A stretch of 64,000 nucleotides of DNA from Acetobacter sp. (GTDB lineage Bacteria > Pseudomonadota > Alphaproteobacteria > Acetobacterales > Acetobacteraceae): contig NZ_JBQDXI010000002.1 of the NCBI RefSeq assembly GCF_052102375.1, positions 4,159-68,158 on the forward strand. The letters run 5' to 3'. Numbering within the stretch: the stretch's first letter is position 1; each line of letters begins with the position of its first letter. The notes under the pieces are model-generated. The model was not told where the DNA came from, searched no databases, and worked only from the letters and a program-made list of their open reading frames with translations. The position numbers and the translations under genes are program-made. Below are positions 1-9,829 of this stretch, piece after piece.

Positions 1-59
1 GCCCATAGCTGTTAAGTCCTTTTCCTCAACCGGAATGATACAGAATGGAGAATATGTGA

Positions 60-935
60 ATGATCGTTGACCAGAGGGTCGGCCTGCGCATCATTGGCAA
101 AGAGATCCTTGGCGTTATCCTGCTTATGGCAGCGTGGGATTTTGCCGTGGTTATTCTGTTTCAGGTTTTCCATCAGGAATGGATGGAACAGCCCAGCCTG
201 CCAACTTCACTCATTGGCTCTGCCCTTGCGCTGTTCATGGGCTTCCGGAGCAACAGTGCCTACGCACGCTGGTGGGAAGCCCGCACATTATGGGGTGCCA
301 TTACCAACAACTGCCGCTCGTTCGGGCGGCAGGTCGGCACCCTGCTGGGTGACCGCCCGGATCTTATGTATGGCATAGCAGCCTATCCCCATGCCCTGCG
401 CGGCGCCTTGGGCAAAATTGATTCCTCTGAAGATGTCAAACGTCTTTTACCGCCAGAAATGGCAGAGGCCATTGTTGGGTGGCGAAACCAGCCCAACGCC
501 ATTTTATATCAGCTCGGCTTGGGTGTGAGTGAGGAAGTGGCGAAGAAAGGCATTGACGGCGCGGTTCATGGCCAGATTGACCGCATTTTATCCGATCTTG
601 CCAACGCTCAGGGTGGCCTTGAGCGTATTCGCAACACGCCTCTTCCCATGCAGTTCTCGGCACTCCCCAGAACGCTGGTCAATATTTTCTGTATCGTGCT
701 CCCGCTGTCCATGGTGCAGACGCTGGAATGGATTACCCCGCTGGGGTCTTCCCTTGTGGGCCTTCTGTTCCTTGTGCTCGACAAAAGTGCGGATGACCTT
801 CAGGAACCATTCTCTAACACGCCGCACGCCCTACCTATGGCAACAATGGCCCGTACCATTGAAATTGATGTGGTCCAGCCAACGGGTACACAGTCTCCAC
901 CACCCCTGACCGCCGTAAAAGGTATTCAGGCCTAA
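60..935 (+). CDS. Bestrophin-family (YneE-like) membrane channel protein
   Basis: 291 aa, several hydrophobic segments; family motifs FRSNSAYARWWEARTLWG and LERIRNTPLP; GGAG RBS at 47-50. Confidence 0.88.
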   Translation: MIVDQRVGLRIIGKEILGVILLMAAWDFAVVILFQVFHQEWMEQPSLPTSLIGSALALFMGFRSNSAYARWWEARTLWGAITNNCRSFGRQVGTLLGDRPDLMYGIAAYPHALRGALGKIDSSEDVKRLLPPEMAEAIVGWRNQPNAILYQLGLGVSEEVAKKGIDGAVHGQIDRILSDLANAQGGLERIRNTPLPMQFSALPRTLVNIFCIVLPLSMVQTLEWITPLGSSLVGLLFLVLDKSADDLQEPFSNTPHALPMATMARTIEIDVVQPTGTQSPPPLTAVKGIQA

Positions 936-950
936 AGCAGTAACAGAGAC

Positions 951-990
951 CGCAGGCCGGTTGCATGATGGAAGACAGGCCTGCGTTTTT
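951..990 (+). terminator. Possible weak intrinsic terminator after the bestrophin gene
   Basis: CGCAGGCC (951-958) / GGCCTGCG (978-985) followed by TTTTT; the 19-nt loop is long, so uncertain. Confidence 0.35.
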
Positions 991-1000
991 GTGCTATAAC
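972..1000 (+). promoter_or_regulatory. Candidate sigma70 promoter of carD with extended -10
   Basis: AAGACA (972-977), 17-nt spacer, TG at 992-993, TATAAC (995-1000). Confidence 0.5.
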
Positions 1001-1008
1001 CCTGTGTT

Positions 1009-1599
1009 ATGAGCACATTCAGAACCACCCCTAAAGGCGGCGTGACAGATGCAATGGCACGCACAGCAGCAGCGGCTACCGCTGCACAGGCCAAAACCAA
1101 GGTCAAGGATGATGACCCCTTCCAGGAAGGTGACGCCATTGTTTATGCAGCCCACGGCGTAGGACGCGTTGACCGCATTGGTGTAGACGAAATTGCTGGC
1201 ACCAAGCTGGAAGTCATTCAGATTTCCTTTCCCGGCAACCAGATGACCCTGCGTATCCCGCTGACCAAAGCCCGCAAGGCCGGTCTGCGGAAAATCGTCT
1301 CTCGCGAGATTGTTGATAAAGCCATGGCCATCATCAAAGGCAAGCCGCATGTCAGCAAAGGCATGTGGGCACGCCGGGCTGTTGCGTATCAGGAAAAGAT
1401 CAACTCTGGTGATCTTGTCCAGATTGCAGAGGTCCTGCGTGACCTGCGCCGCAATGTGGATAGCCTGGATGGCAGCTTCAGCGAGCGCAAACTGTTTGAA
1501 GCCGCTCAGGAACGCTTTGTAGCAGAAGTTGCTGTTCTTGAGAAAAAAGAGCCGACAGACGTTCTGACTGCCCTGACCGAGGTCATGAAGGCAGCCTAA
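1009..1599 (+). CDS. carD: CarD family transcriptional regulator (start may be 1054)
   Basis: FQEGDAIVYAAHGVGRV N-terminal RNAP-interaction motif, MWARRAVAYQEKINSGD with conserved Trp, SFSERKLFEAA C-terminal motif. Confidence 0.93.
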   Translation: MSTFRTTPKGGVTDAMARTAAAATAAQAKTKVKDDDPFQEGDAIVYAAHGVGRVDRIGVDEIAGTKLEVIQISFPGNQMTLRIPLTKARKAGLRKIVSREIVDKAMAIIKGKPHVSKGMWARRAVAYQEKINSGDLVQIAEVLRDLRRNVDSLDGSFSERKLFEAAQERFVAEVAVLEKKEPTDVLTALTEVMKAA

Positions 1600-1623
1600 A
1601 ACTGCTTTGTTGAACAGGTTATG

Positions 1624-1658
1624 AAAAACCGGTGCCCTTATGGGTCACCGGTTTTTTT
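1624..1658 (+). terminator. Intrinsic terminator of carD
   Basis: AAAAACCGGTG (1624-1634) / CACCGGTTTTT (1646-1656) inverted repeat with T7 tract. Confidence 0.85.
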
Positions 1659-1719
1659 ATGACTTTGCCCTGCATGGAGCGTCTTTCCCGCCTTAAACAA
1701 GCAGGATACAGTCACGGTC

Positions 1720-3339
1720 ATGACGCACGCTGCCCCAACCGTACTTACTCCAGACCCAACGATGCTTCGCCGCGCTCAGAGCGAAATCAAGGTCGGCAAC
1801 TTTGCGTCCACGCTTGAGGCTCTGAAACCTTTTGCCCGCAGTAAAGATGAGCAGACCCAATTATTGCTTGCCGCATGCCTTGCAGGCACCGGCAAAGCTG
1901 AAAAAGCTGCGAAAATATTTTGTACTTTTGCAGCAGCCAAACCTACGGAGCAACATCCGCTCCAGCCTTTTACCGACCTGCTGATAGAACTGGGCAAGCG
2001 GGAAGAAAGCCTGCCAGTATGCCGTGCGGCTATAATTCTAACACCCGAAGATGCCAGAGTTTATGACATACTCGGCACTATACTAGTGCAAATGGGTGCG
2101 TTTGACGAAGGGGTTGATCTGCTCCGCCGCTCTGTCGCGCTCAGGCCGGACAACAGCTTTTCGGCCAACCTACTTGCTATGGCCCTATCCGAGCGCGGCG
2201 ATACGGAAGAGTGCCTTGCCTTACTGGAAGCCACCCTCAAAAAAGACCCGACGCACGCAGGTACGCTGTCCAATATGGGCTGCGCGCTTTCCGCTATTGG
2301 CAGGATGGAAGATGCCTTCAATTTCTATCGCAGAGCCATTTCCCATAACCCCACACACCCGCAAATTCGTCTTAACCATTCCATTTCCCTGCTCAAAGCC
2401 GGGCGTTATGCTCAAGGCTGGAGCGAGCACGAATGGCGCCTGAAGCTGCTCGGCCATAGCAACCTGCCCTCAGCAACACTCATGCCATCTCTTGGTCCCG
2501 ACAGTAATATTCGGAGCAAGCGGGTGCTCATTACGCAGGAGGAAGGGTTAGGCGATACATTGATGTATCTCCGCTATATTGAGCCTTTGGCCCAGCGCGG
2601 TGCCATACCGCACCTGTGGGTGCCAGACACATTGGGCGACCTCTGTCGCCGGGTAAACGGCGCAGCCATTGTGCAGGTTGGTGGCGATGTTCCGGAATTT
2701 GACTGGCATTGCCCGTTTATCAGCCTTCCCCGCGTGTTTTCCGCCACTCACGATGCCATGGGCGCACCCGTCCCGTACCTGAAGGCAGACACTGCGAAAA
2801 TTCGGGAATTTGCAGGACTGGTCCCGCAAAACGGCAAGTTGAATGTCGGCCTGATCTGGGGAGGAGCCCCGCGCCCTACACTGGTTGGCGCCTACATGAC
2901 GGACCGCAGACGCTCCATGCCGCTGGAAACACTGGCTCCACTAGCAAACGTGCAAGGCCTGAACCTGATAAGCCTGCAAAAAGGCCCCTATGCTGACCAA
3001 TTGCAAACCCCGCCGGACGGCATGACGATCTACGACCCAACAGACGAATTGCACACGATGGATGACACGGCAGCCCTGCTGATGTCGCTGGATGTTCTGG
3101 TATCGGTTGATACCTCCTGTGTGCATCTGGCCGGTGCGCTTGGCAAACCTGTTTTGCTGATGGACCGTTTTGATAATTGCTGGCGTTGGCTGCACAATAC
3201 CGCAAGCAGCCCTTGGTACCCTACCCTGCGTATTATTCGCCAGAGCAAGCCGCGGGAATGGAGCGATGTCGTCAATACAGTCTGTGCCGGGTTGCACGAT
3301 ATGGCGCGATACAAGGCCATACGGTCTGCAAAAGCGTAG
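1720..3339 (+). CDS. TPR-repeat protein with C-terminal GT-B (GT9-like) glycosyltransferase domain
   Basis: N-terminal TPR-like helices (e.g. HAGTLSNMGCALSAIGRMEDAFNFYRRAISHNP); C-terminal EEGLGDTLMYLRY, LISLQKG, LDVLVSVDTSCVHLAGALGKP, CWRW, SPWYP motifs. Confidence 0.82.
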   Translation: MTHAAPTVLTPDPTMLRRAQSEIKVGNFASTLEALKPFARSKDEQTQLLLAACLAGTGKAEKAAKIFCTFAAAKPTEQHPLQPFTDLLIELGKREESLPVCRAAIILTPEDARVYDILGTILVQMGAFDEGVDLLRRSVALRPDNSFSANLLAMALSERGDTEECLALLEATLKKDPTHAGTLSNMGCALSAIGRMEDAFNFYRRAISHNPTHPQIRLNHSISLLKAGRYAQGWSEHEWRLKLLGHSNLPSATLMPSLGPDSNIRSKRVLITQEEGLGDTLMYLRYIEPLAQRGAIPHLWVPDTLGDLCRRVNGAAIVQVGGDVPEFDWHCPFISLPRVFSATHDAMGAPVPYLKADTAKIREFAGLVPQNGKLNVGLIWGGAPRPTLVGAYMTDRRRSMPLETLAPLANVQGLNLISLQKGPYADQLQTPPDGMTIYDPTDELHTMDDTAALLMSLDVLVSVDTSCVHLAGALGKPVLLMDRFDNCWRWLHNTASSPWYPTLRIIRQSKPREWSDVVNTVCAGLHDMARYKAIRSAKA

Positions 3340-3500
3340 AACTTGCCCCCAAACCGAGTGTGAAAGGGGCTTTCAGGCTCTCGTCTTCTGGAATACCACT
3401 CCTCATACCTTCAAGCGTTCCGGCCATGCTGGTAGGGGCTTTGTCCTCTGTCTTTTTTAGTGGCATTATCACTGCATAAACACGAAGAAGGCATACCATA

Positions 3501-5039
3501 ATGAATGCACCCCTGACCGCTCAGCCTCATCGCCCCGTCATGCTCGTTATCCTAGATGGATTCGGATGGCGTGAAGACGATGCCGACAATGCGGTCCGCC
3601 TTGCCAAAACCCCAGTTTTTGACAGCCTGTGGCAAAACAGCCCACGCAGCTTTTTGCGCACCTGCGGTGCAGATGTCGGCCTGCCTGACGGGCAGATGGG
3701 TAACTCTGAAGTCGGGCATCTGAATATCGGCGCTGGCCGCGTTGTCATGCAGGAATTGCCGCGTATTTCTGCTGCCTTGCACGATGGCTCTGTCGCCCGC
3801 AGCCCGGTCATGGCAGAGTTTCTGGCAACATTGAAAAAATCTGGCGGCACCTGCCACCTGATGGGGCTGGTGTCCCCCGGCGGTGTCCATGCTCATCAGG
3901 ACCATGCCGTTGCACTAGCAAAACTTGTAACGCAGGCAGGTATTCCGGTTGCCTTTCACGTCTTTACTGATGGGCGCGATACCGCACCCCGCTCTGCGCT
4001 GGATTATGTCGGGAAGCTGGAAGCTGCCCTCCCCTCCGGCGCAACCATTGCAACCGTTTCCGGCCGCTATTATGCCATGGACCGCGACAAACGCTGGGAC
4101 CGTGTTGAAAAAAATTACAATGCGCTTGTCAGTGGTGAAGGCCCAGTCGCAGCCACCCCGCTGGATGTTATAAAACAGGCTTATGCGGCTGATATTTCAG
4201 ACGAATTCATCCTGCCTACAGTGATCGGTAGCTATTCAGGCATGAAGGATGGTGACGCCATCCTGTCTTTCAATTTCCGTGCCGACCGTATCCGTCAGCT
4301 TCTGGATGCGTTGGTTGACCCTGCTTTTGACGGGTTTGCCCGCAAAAAAATCGTACAGTTTTCTGCTGTACTGGGCATGACGCATTACAGTGATGCCTTG
4401 GCCGAGCAGATTTCCATACTCTTCCCAGCCGAAACACTCACAAATATTCTGGGTGAGGTTGTTTCCCGTGCCGGGCGCACACAATTACGCATGGCCGAGA
4501 CAGAAAAATATCCGCACGTCACCTACTTCCTCAATGGTGGCCGGGAAATGCTGTTTGAAGGTGAAGACCGCATTCTGGTTCCATCACCCAAAGTTGCCAC
4601 CTATGACCTGCAACCAGAAATGTCTGCGCCGGAACTGACAGACAAAGCGGTTGAAGCCATTGAAAGCGGAAAATACGATCTTATCGTCCTGAACTTTGCC
4701 AACCCGGACATGGTCGGTCACACCGGCGTTCTGAAAGCCGCCATCAAAGCTGTTGAAACGGTTGATACTGGCGTAGGCCGTATTCTGGAGGCGCTCAAAA
4801 AACAGAATGGCGCTCTGCTGGTTACCGCAGATCACGGAAACTGTGAAACCATGAAAGACCCCGAAACCGGGGAAGCCCATACGGCCCATACACTCAACGA
4901 AGTGCCGCTGGTGGCCTTCAATATTGGTAAACAGACGTTGCGGGATGGCCGTCTTGCAGATCTGGCCCCCACCTTGTTGGCCATAATGGGTGTTGCCAAA
5001 CCGGATGACATGACGGGCCAATCCCTGTTATCGGACTAA
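3501..5039 (+). CDS. gpmI: 2,3-bisphosphoglycerate-independent phosphoglycerate mutase
   Basis: LVILDGFG, QMGNSEVGHLNIGAGR (catalytic Ser), AETEKYPHVTYF, NFANPDMVGHTG, TADHGN motifs. Confidence 0.97.
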   Translation: MNAPLTAQPHRPVMLVILDGFGWREDDADNAVRLAKTPVFDSLWQNSPRSFLRTCGADVGLPDGQMGNSEVGHLNIGAGRVVMQELPRISAALHDGSVARSPVMAEFLATLKKSGGTCHLMGLVSPGGVHAHQDHAVALAKLVTQAGIPVAFHVFTDGRDTAPRSALDYVGKLEAALPSGATIATVSGRYYAMDRDKRWDRVEKNYNALVSGEGPVAATPLDVIKQAYAADISDEFILPTVIGSYSGMKDGDAILSFNFRADRIRQLLDALVDPAFDGFARKKIVQFSAVLGMTHYSDALAEQISILFPAETLTNILGEVVSRAGRTQLRMAETEKYPHVTYFLNGGREMLFEGEDRILVPSPKVATYDLQPEMSAPELTDKAVEAIESGKYDLIVLNFANPDMVGHTGVLKAAIKAVETVDTGVGRILEALKKQNGALLVTADHGNCETMKDPETGEAHTAHTLNEVPLVAFNIGKQTLRDGRLADLAPTLLAIMGVAKPDDMTGQSLLSD

Positions 5040-6608
5040 ATGCTTTCTTCTTCCCCCTTGCCGCGCTTTCCCCACATGCATCGCCTTTGCGGCGGCGCTG
5101 GCAAGGGAGTTTTTAAAACAGCCTTAGGCTGTATGCTCCTATGCACTGCTGCAAACTCTTACGCAGCGGAGCATAAACATACGGGGGCTCATCACTCTGC
5201 TGCACGCCACAGCACCCCAAAAAGTGCCCCGCAGCCACACAAAACCTCTCCTTCCCGCAAATCTTCCTCTGCTGGGTCACATCCCGCTGCCGCACGCCCT
5301 TTGACCAAAGCGGAGGTGCAGGCAGAGCAATCCGTCAAGCAGGCGCGAGATGCGTTGCAAACTACGCAAACCCAAAGGGATGCCATAGCCAAACAGAAAG
5401 CCGCGCAGGCGGCAGCGGTTGAGGCTTCCCGCGCCAGAAGTAACGCCGCGCAGGCTCTGGCTGTGCAAAGTGCTGCTAAAGCTACCGCATTATCAGCCGC
5501 GACAGTGACCGCAACATCCCAACTGCAAACAACAGAGCAGCAGATTTCGGATCTGGATGGCCGCATTGCCACTATCCGGCAGGAGCAGGAAAAACTGCGC
5601 AGCGCACTGGCGGAAGATGCAAAAGCCCTTGCGCCTGTTTTACCCCTTGCCGAAAGATTATCCCTCTACCCGTCAGACACACTTTTGGCGGCCCCGGTTC
5701 CGCAAGGTGAGGCTGTTACCGGGTTTCTTGTTCTGAAAGGGCTTTCAAGGGAACTGGAACATCAGGCTGAAGATATGCGGACCCGGCAAACGCAACTGAC
5801 AGCACTTGATACAGAACTGACCAACCACCTTGCCCAGTTAGGGACCCTGCAACACAAACAAACCACCCAGCGCGATACCGTCCGCCAGCAGGCGCTTAAA
5901 GCAAAACAGGCACAGCAGCAGGCTAACACAGCAGCCAAAGCCGCCGCACAACGATTGGCAGACGCGACACGCAAGGCCTCCAGTTTACAGGATGCCGTTG
6001 CACGGCTGGACGTATTACAGGCCGATGCCGAAAGTGCTCTACAAAAAGAAATCGCCTCGGCAGAGCGTGCCCACAAAGCCGCGCGGGATGAAGCTGCTCG
6101 TAAGCTGGCTGAAGAACGCGCTGCGGAGGCACGCCGCAAAATGGCGGCCCTGCAACGGTCTTCTGGCCCCGGCCTGAGCGAACACTCTGCCGCACAACCC
6201 TCTAAAAAAACCACCACATCTTCACCCGATACCAGTGCCTCAGTCGGCAGTGGCCCCAGTTCCGGCACGCGCCCTGTTGCAGGCCGCATTGTGGCAACAT
6301 GGGGGGCTGCGACCGAGACTGGTCCTTCAACCGGCATTACCTACAGTACACCCTCGGGCGCGAGTGTGCGGACCCCCTGCTCCGGCAGGGTGGATTTTGC
6401 TGGGGCGTTCAGAACCTACGGCCAGATGGTTATTTTGAACTGTGGTCAGCACTACCGATTCATCATGGCAGGGTTAGGCGGGCTGGACGTAGAAACGGGG
6501 CAAAGCCTGACGAAAGGCGCTCCCGTCGGGCATATGAGTGGGTCTGGCACCCTCTTCATTCAGCTTAGGCACGGCCAAAAAGTCATAAATCCAGCGCCTT
6601 TCCTCTAA
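5040..6608 (+). CDS. envC: EnvC-family murein hydrolase activator (coiled coil plus degenerate M23/LytM domain); true start may be slightly downstream
   Basis: Long Ala/Gln coiled coil; C-terminal LytM-like domain (FAGAFRTYGQMVILNCG...LFIQLRHGQKVINP) lacking Zn ligands; position between gpmI and ctpA. Confidence 0.82.
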   Translation: MLSSSPLPRFPHMHRLCGGAGKGVFKTALGCMLLCTAANSYAAEHKHTGAHHSAARHSTPKSAPQPHKTSPSRKSSSAGSHPAAARPLTKAEVQAEQSVKQARDALQTTQTQRDAIAKQKAAQAAAVEASRARSNAAQALAVQSAAKATALSAATVTATSQLQTTEQQISDLDGRIATIRQEQEKLRSALAEDAKALAPVLPLAERLSLYPSDTLLAAPVPQGEAVTGFLVLKGLSRELEHQAEDMRTRQTQLTALDTELTNHLAQLGTLQHKQTTQRDTVRQQALKAKQAQQQANTAAKAAAQRLADATRKASSLQDAVARLDVLQADAESALQKEIASAERAHKAARDEAARKLAEERAAEARRKMAALQRSSGPGLSEHSAAQPSKKTTTSSPDTSASVGSGPSSGTRPVAGRIVATWGAATETGPSTGITYSTPSGASVRTPCSGRVDFAGAFRTYGQMVILNCGQHYRFIMAGLGGLDVETGQSLTKGAPVGHMSGSGTLFIQLRHGQKVINPAPFL

Positions 6609-6713
6609 GAAAAGCTGGCAGGCAGTTTTCCTGACACAAAGAAACAGCTAACCTTGCCAGCTACAAGGATACGACCCGCACGGGCACCGCCCGGCGACAG
6701 GAGACGAGAACGC

Positions 6714-8165
6714 ATGAAGTTTCGCACAGGCCTGATGCTCGGTGCCACTTTTCTGGCAGGCTTTGCCGTAGCCTCCCACACTGGAGTGCTTCCGGGCTCC
6801 TCCATGCTGGTATCTTCTGCTCTGGCGGAAAAAGCCCCTGATGCCTCCCCCACCTCCAACCACGCAGAAACCTACCGCCTGCTAACCCTGTTTGGCACCG
6901 TGCTGGATCTGGTCCGGGCAGACTATGTCGAACCCGTTTCTGACAAGGACCTGATTACCAACGCGCTGAACGGCATGTTGACCGGTCTTGACCCTCATAG
7001 CTCGTACATGACTGAAAAACAGTACGAAGACATGATGACGCAGATGAAAGGCGAGTTCGGCGGGCTGGGGCTGGAGCTGCAACAGCAGGACGGCCATATC
7101 CGTGTTGTCTCCCCCGTTGATGGCACACCGGGCTTCCGGGCTGGTATCAAGCCGGGTGATTATATCATTGCTGTTGACGGACACCCTGTTGATGGTACGC
7201 CGCTGGATGAAGCCGTGAAGAAAATGCGCGGCAAACCCAACACCAAGATCACGCTGACGCTGGTGCGTGAAAAAACGCCCAAACCGATTATCCTCACCCT
7301 GACGCGTGAGATCATCCATATCGAGGTCATCAAGTCTGCCCTGTATGACCGCGTTGGCTATATCCGTATTGCCCAGTTCAACGAAGAAACGGAAAAAGGC
7401 CTGCTCAAAGCCTACAACCAGCTCAAACAGCAGGCGGGCGGCACACTGGCGGGACTGGTTCTTGACTTGCGGAGTGACCCCGGTGGCCTTCTGAATCAGG
7501 CTATTGAAGTCTCTTCCAACTTCATCCGTTCTGGTGAGATCGTCTCCACCCGCGCGCGCCACCCCAAGGATAGCCAGCGTTGGGATGCACATGGGACAGA
7601 TATTACCAATGGCCTCCCCATTGTCGTGCTGATTAATGGTGGATCAGCCTCCGCCTCCGAAATCGTGTCCGGCGCTTTGCAGGACCATAAACGGGCTGTG
7701 CTGCTGGGTACTCGCTCCTTCGGCAAAGGGTCTGTGCAGTCCATTATCCCCATACCCGGCAATGGCGCTGTACGCCTGACCACGGCGCGCTATTACACGC
7801 CATCAGGGCGTTCTATTCAGGCTCTGGGCATCACTCCTGATATTACAGTCAAGGAATCCCGCGAAGATCCGGGCTTCAGCCTGCACGAGGCTGACCTTGA
7901 ACATATTCTGAAGAATCAGGGTGGGAACCAGACCAAAGCCACACCTCGCACGGATCTTCCCGCTATCGCCAAGGATATACCTAACGAGCCCCCGGCAAAC
8001 TGGCCAGAATTTGACTATCTGAAGCCAAAGACAGACTTCCAGCTTCAGGAAGGCTTACGGGTTGTACGGTCCATGGCGGGGCTGCCAGCGCTTGACCCAG
8101 CCGCCGCATTGCCCCCGGCAAAGCCGGTGGACAAGAAAGACGAGAGTAAAGCACCGTCAAAATAA
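6714..8165 (+). CDS. ctpA: S41 family carboxy-terminal processing protease
   Basis: Signal/anchor, LDPHSSY, PDZ (GEFGGLGLEL), SASASEIV catalytic Ser, FGKGSVQ catalytic Lys; AGGAG RBS before ATG 6714. Confidence 0.93.
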   Translation: MKFRTGLMLGATFLAGFAVASHTGVLPGSSMLVSSALAEKAPDASPTSNHAETYRLLTLFGTVLDLVRADYVEPVSDKDLITNALNGMLTGLDPHSSYMTEKQYEDMMTQMKGEFGGLGLELQQQDGHIRVVSPVDGTPGFRAGIKPGDYIIAVDGHPVDGTPLDEAVKKMRGKPNTKITLTLVREKTPKPIILTLTREIIHIEVIKSALYDRVGYIRIAQFNEETEKGLLKAYNQLKQQAGGTLAGLVLDLRSDPGGLLNQAIEVSSNFIRSGEIVSTRARHPKDSQRWDAHGTDITNGLPIVVLINGGSASASEIVSGALQDHKRAVLLGTRSFGKGSVQSIIPIPGNGAVRLTTARYYTPSGRSIQALGITPDITVKESREDPGFSLHEADLEHILKNQGGNQTKATPRTDLPAIAKDIPNEPPANWPEFDYLKPKTDFQLQEGLRVVRSMAGLPALDPAAALPPAKPVDKKDESKAPSK

Positions 8166-8183
8166 CGCCGGTTGGTAAGGAAA

Positions 8184-9287
8184 ATGACAATGCACAGCGC
8201 GTCCCTCTGGCAACAAATGCCATCTTCCGGGCGTCTTTTTGTACGCTTCTGGGGCGGCTGTGCCGTTGCCGCTGGCGTATTGGCCATTGGCCTGCAAATT
8301 GCGGGCCCTCCACCAATGGGCGGTGACGATATTGACGTCTCCACTCCTGCACTTAACCCGGCGGATAAATCTGATATTCCCGGCTTGCAGGCTGATCTGC
8401 TGGAAAAAAGGTCTGGCCCTAACGGGTACCCACTGCCGCGCCGGGGGCAGCATGGCCATGTGGCACGGCAGGTTTACGCGGCTCCTGCAGTGGATGTTCC
8501 GGCAGGAGAAGCCCAGATTGCTCTGGTCGTGACTGGTGTAGGGGATGCGCGTGCCCTGACGGACGAAGCCCTGACCTCCCTACCCGGCGCGGTCTCTCTG
8601 GTAATTTCTCCCTATGCGCCGGATATGAAGCACTTGCTGGAGGAGGCACGTGCCAACAAACACGAAACCCTGCTGTCTCTGCCCATCCAGCCGAACAAAG
8701 GCGGTGCTGAGACAACCGCTTCTTTAGCCGGCCCAAATGCTTTGGGAAGTGATCTTTCCGCACGCCAGAACCTGCAAAACTACCAGTGGGCACTGTCCAG
8801 CCTTGCCGGTTATGTTGGCGTAACAAATGCAGCGCCCGGCGCAAACCAGAGTGACTTTACACACTCCGCAGCCTTCAGCCCCCTGCTGGACGATATTGAT
8901 AAGCGCGGCCTTCTGTACCTGAACGCCACCCCCAACACGACGTTACCCAGCAAAACCGGGGTCACAGGGACTGCCGATATTGCCGTGAATACGGATACGG
9001 ATATCGTCAATATTGATATTCAGCTTCTCAAGCTGCAACAGGCTGCCCGCCGCAATGGTCGTGCCATTGGTGTTATGGGGCCACTGCGTCCCGTTGCTCT
9101 GGCCTGCCTCCGCGCCTGGATTCCACATCTGAAGGACGTAGGGATTACACTGGTGCCGGTCAGTATGCTGGTTGCTCCAGTAGCCCAACCACAAGCGGCC
9201 CCGCCCTCTTCCAGTTCAGGACCGACGATGGATAACGGAGCAATGCGCGTTCACCTGACCAACCCACGAATGGGCAAACAGCAGTAA
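8184..9287 (+). CDS. Divergent polysaccharide deacetylase family protein (YibQ-like)
   Basis: N-terminal TM; QIALVVTGVG, SLVISPYA, HETLLSLPIQP, ARRNGRAIG motifs; conserved position after ctpA. Confidence 0.82.
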   Translation: MTMHSASLWQQMPSSGRLFVRFWGGCAVAAGVLAIGLQIAGPPPMGGDDIDVSTPALNPADKSDIPGLQADLLEKRSGPNGYPLPRRGQHGHVARQVYAAPAVDVPAGEAQIALVVTGVGDARALTDEALTSLPGAVSLVISPYAPDMKHLLEEARANKHETLLSLPIQPNKGGAETTASLAGPNALGSDLSARQNLQNYQWALSSLAGYVGVTNAAPGANQSDFTHSAAFSPLLDDIDKRGLLYLNATPNTTLPSKTGVTGTADIAVNTDTDIVNIDIQLLKLQQAARRNGRAIGVMGPLRPVALACLRAWIPHLKDVGITLVPVSMLVAPVAQPQAAPPSSSSGPTMDNGAMRVHLTNPRMGKQQ

Positions 9288-9337
9288 GATATTTTTCTTA
9301 CTTTCGCCCGACAGAAGAAGAACGAGCCACGCTGAGC

Positions 9338-9829
9338 ATGTTACCACAAGACCTCCCCTACCGCCCCAATGTGAGTGCTCTTATTGTACGCGCAGATGGT
9401 AAATTACTGGCTGCGCGACGCACAGATATGCCCGGAGCAGGCGGCCCTTTGTCTGAAGGTATTTGGCAATGCCCTCAGGGCGGCATTGATGCAGGCGAGG
9501 ACACGCGCCACGCAGTATTGCGTGAGCTGCACGAAGAACTCGGGACAGACAAATTCATTATAAAATACGAATATCCCGAATGGATCCCGTACGACTTGCC
9601 AGAGCATCTCATCGGTAAGGCACTGGGTGGGCGTTACAAAGGGCAGACGCAGAAATGGTTTGTTGTTGAATTCCTCGGCAAGGATTCAGACATAAACCTT
9701 GCTTTTCAGAACCCTCCGGAATTTGACGTTTTCCAATGGGTATCACCAGCCGAGTTTCTAGCGTTGGATCTTGGTTTCAAAAAAGCGCTCTATGAGCATG
9801 TCTTGGCACATTACGTCTCACGCCCGTAA
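9338..9829 (+). CDS. rppH: RNA pyrophosphohydrolase (Nudix)
   Basis: YRPNV, WQCPQGGIDAGEDTRHAVLRELHEELGT Nudix box, YDLP, YKGQTQKWF. Confidence 0.93.
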   Translation: MLPQDLPYRPNVSALIVRADGKLLAARRTDMPGAGGPLSEGIWQCPQGGIDAGEDTRHAVLRELHEELGTDKFIIKYEYPEWIPYDLPEHLIGKALGGRYKGQTQKWFVVEFLGKDSDINLAFQNPPEFDVFQWVSPAEFLALDLGFKKALYEHVLAHYVSRP

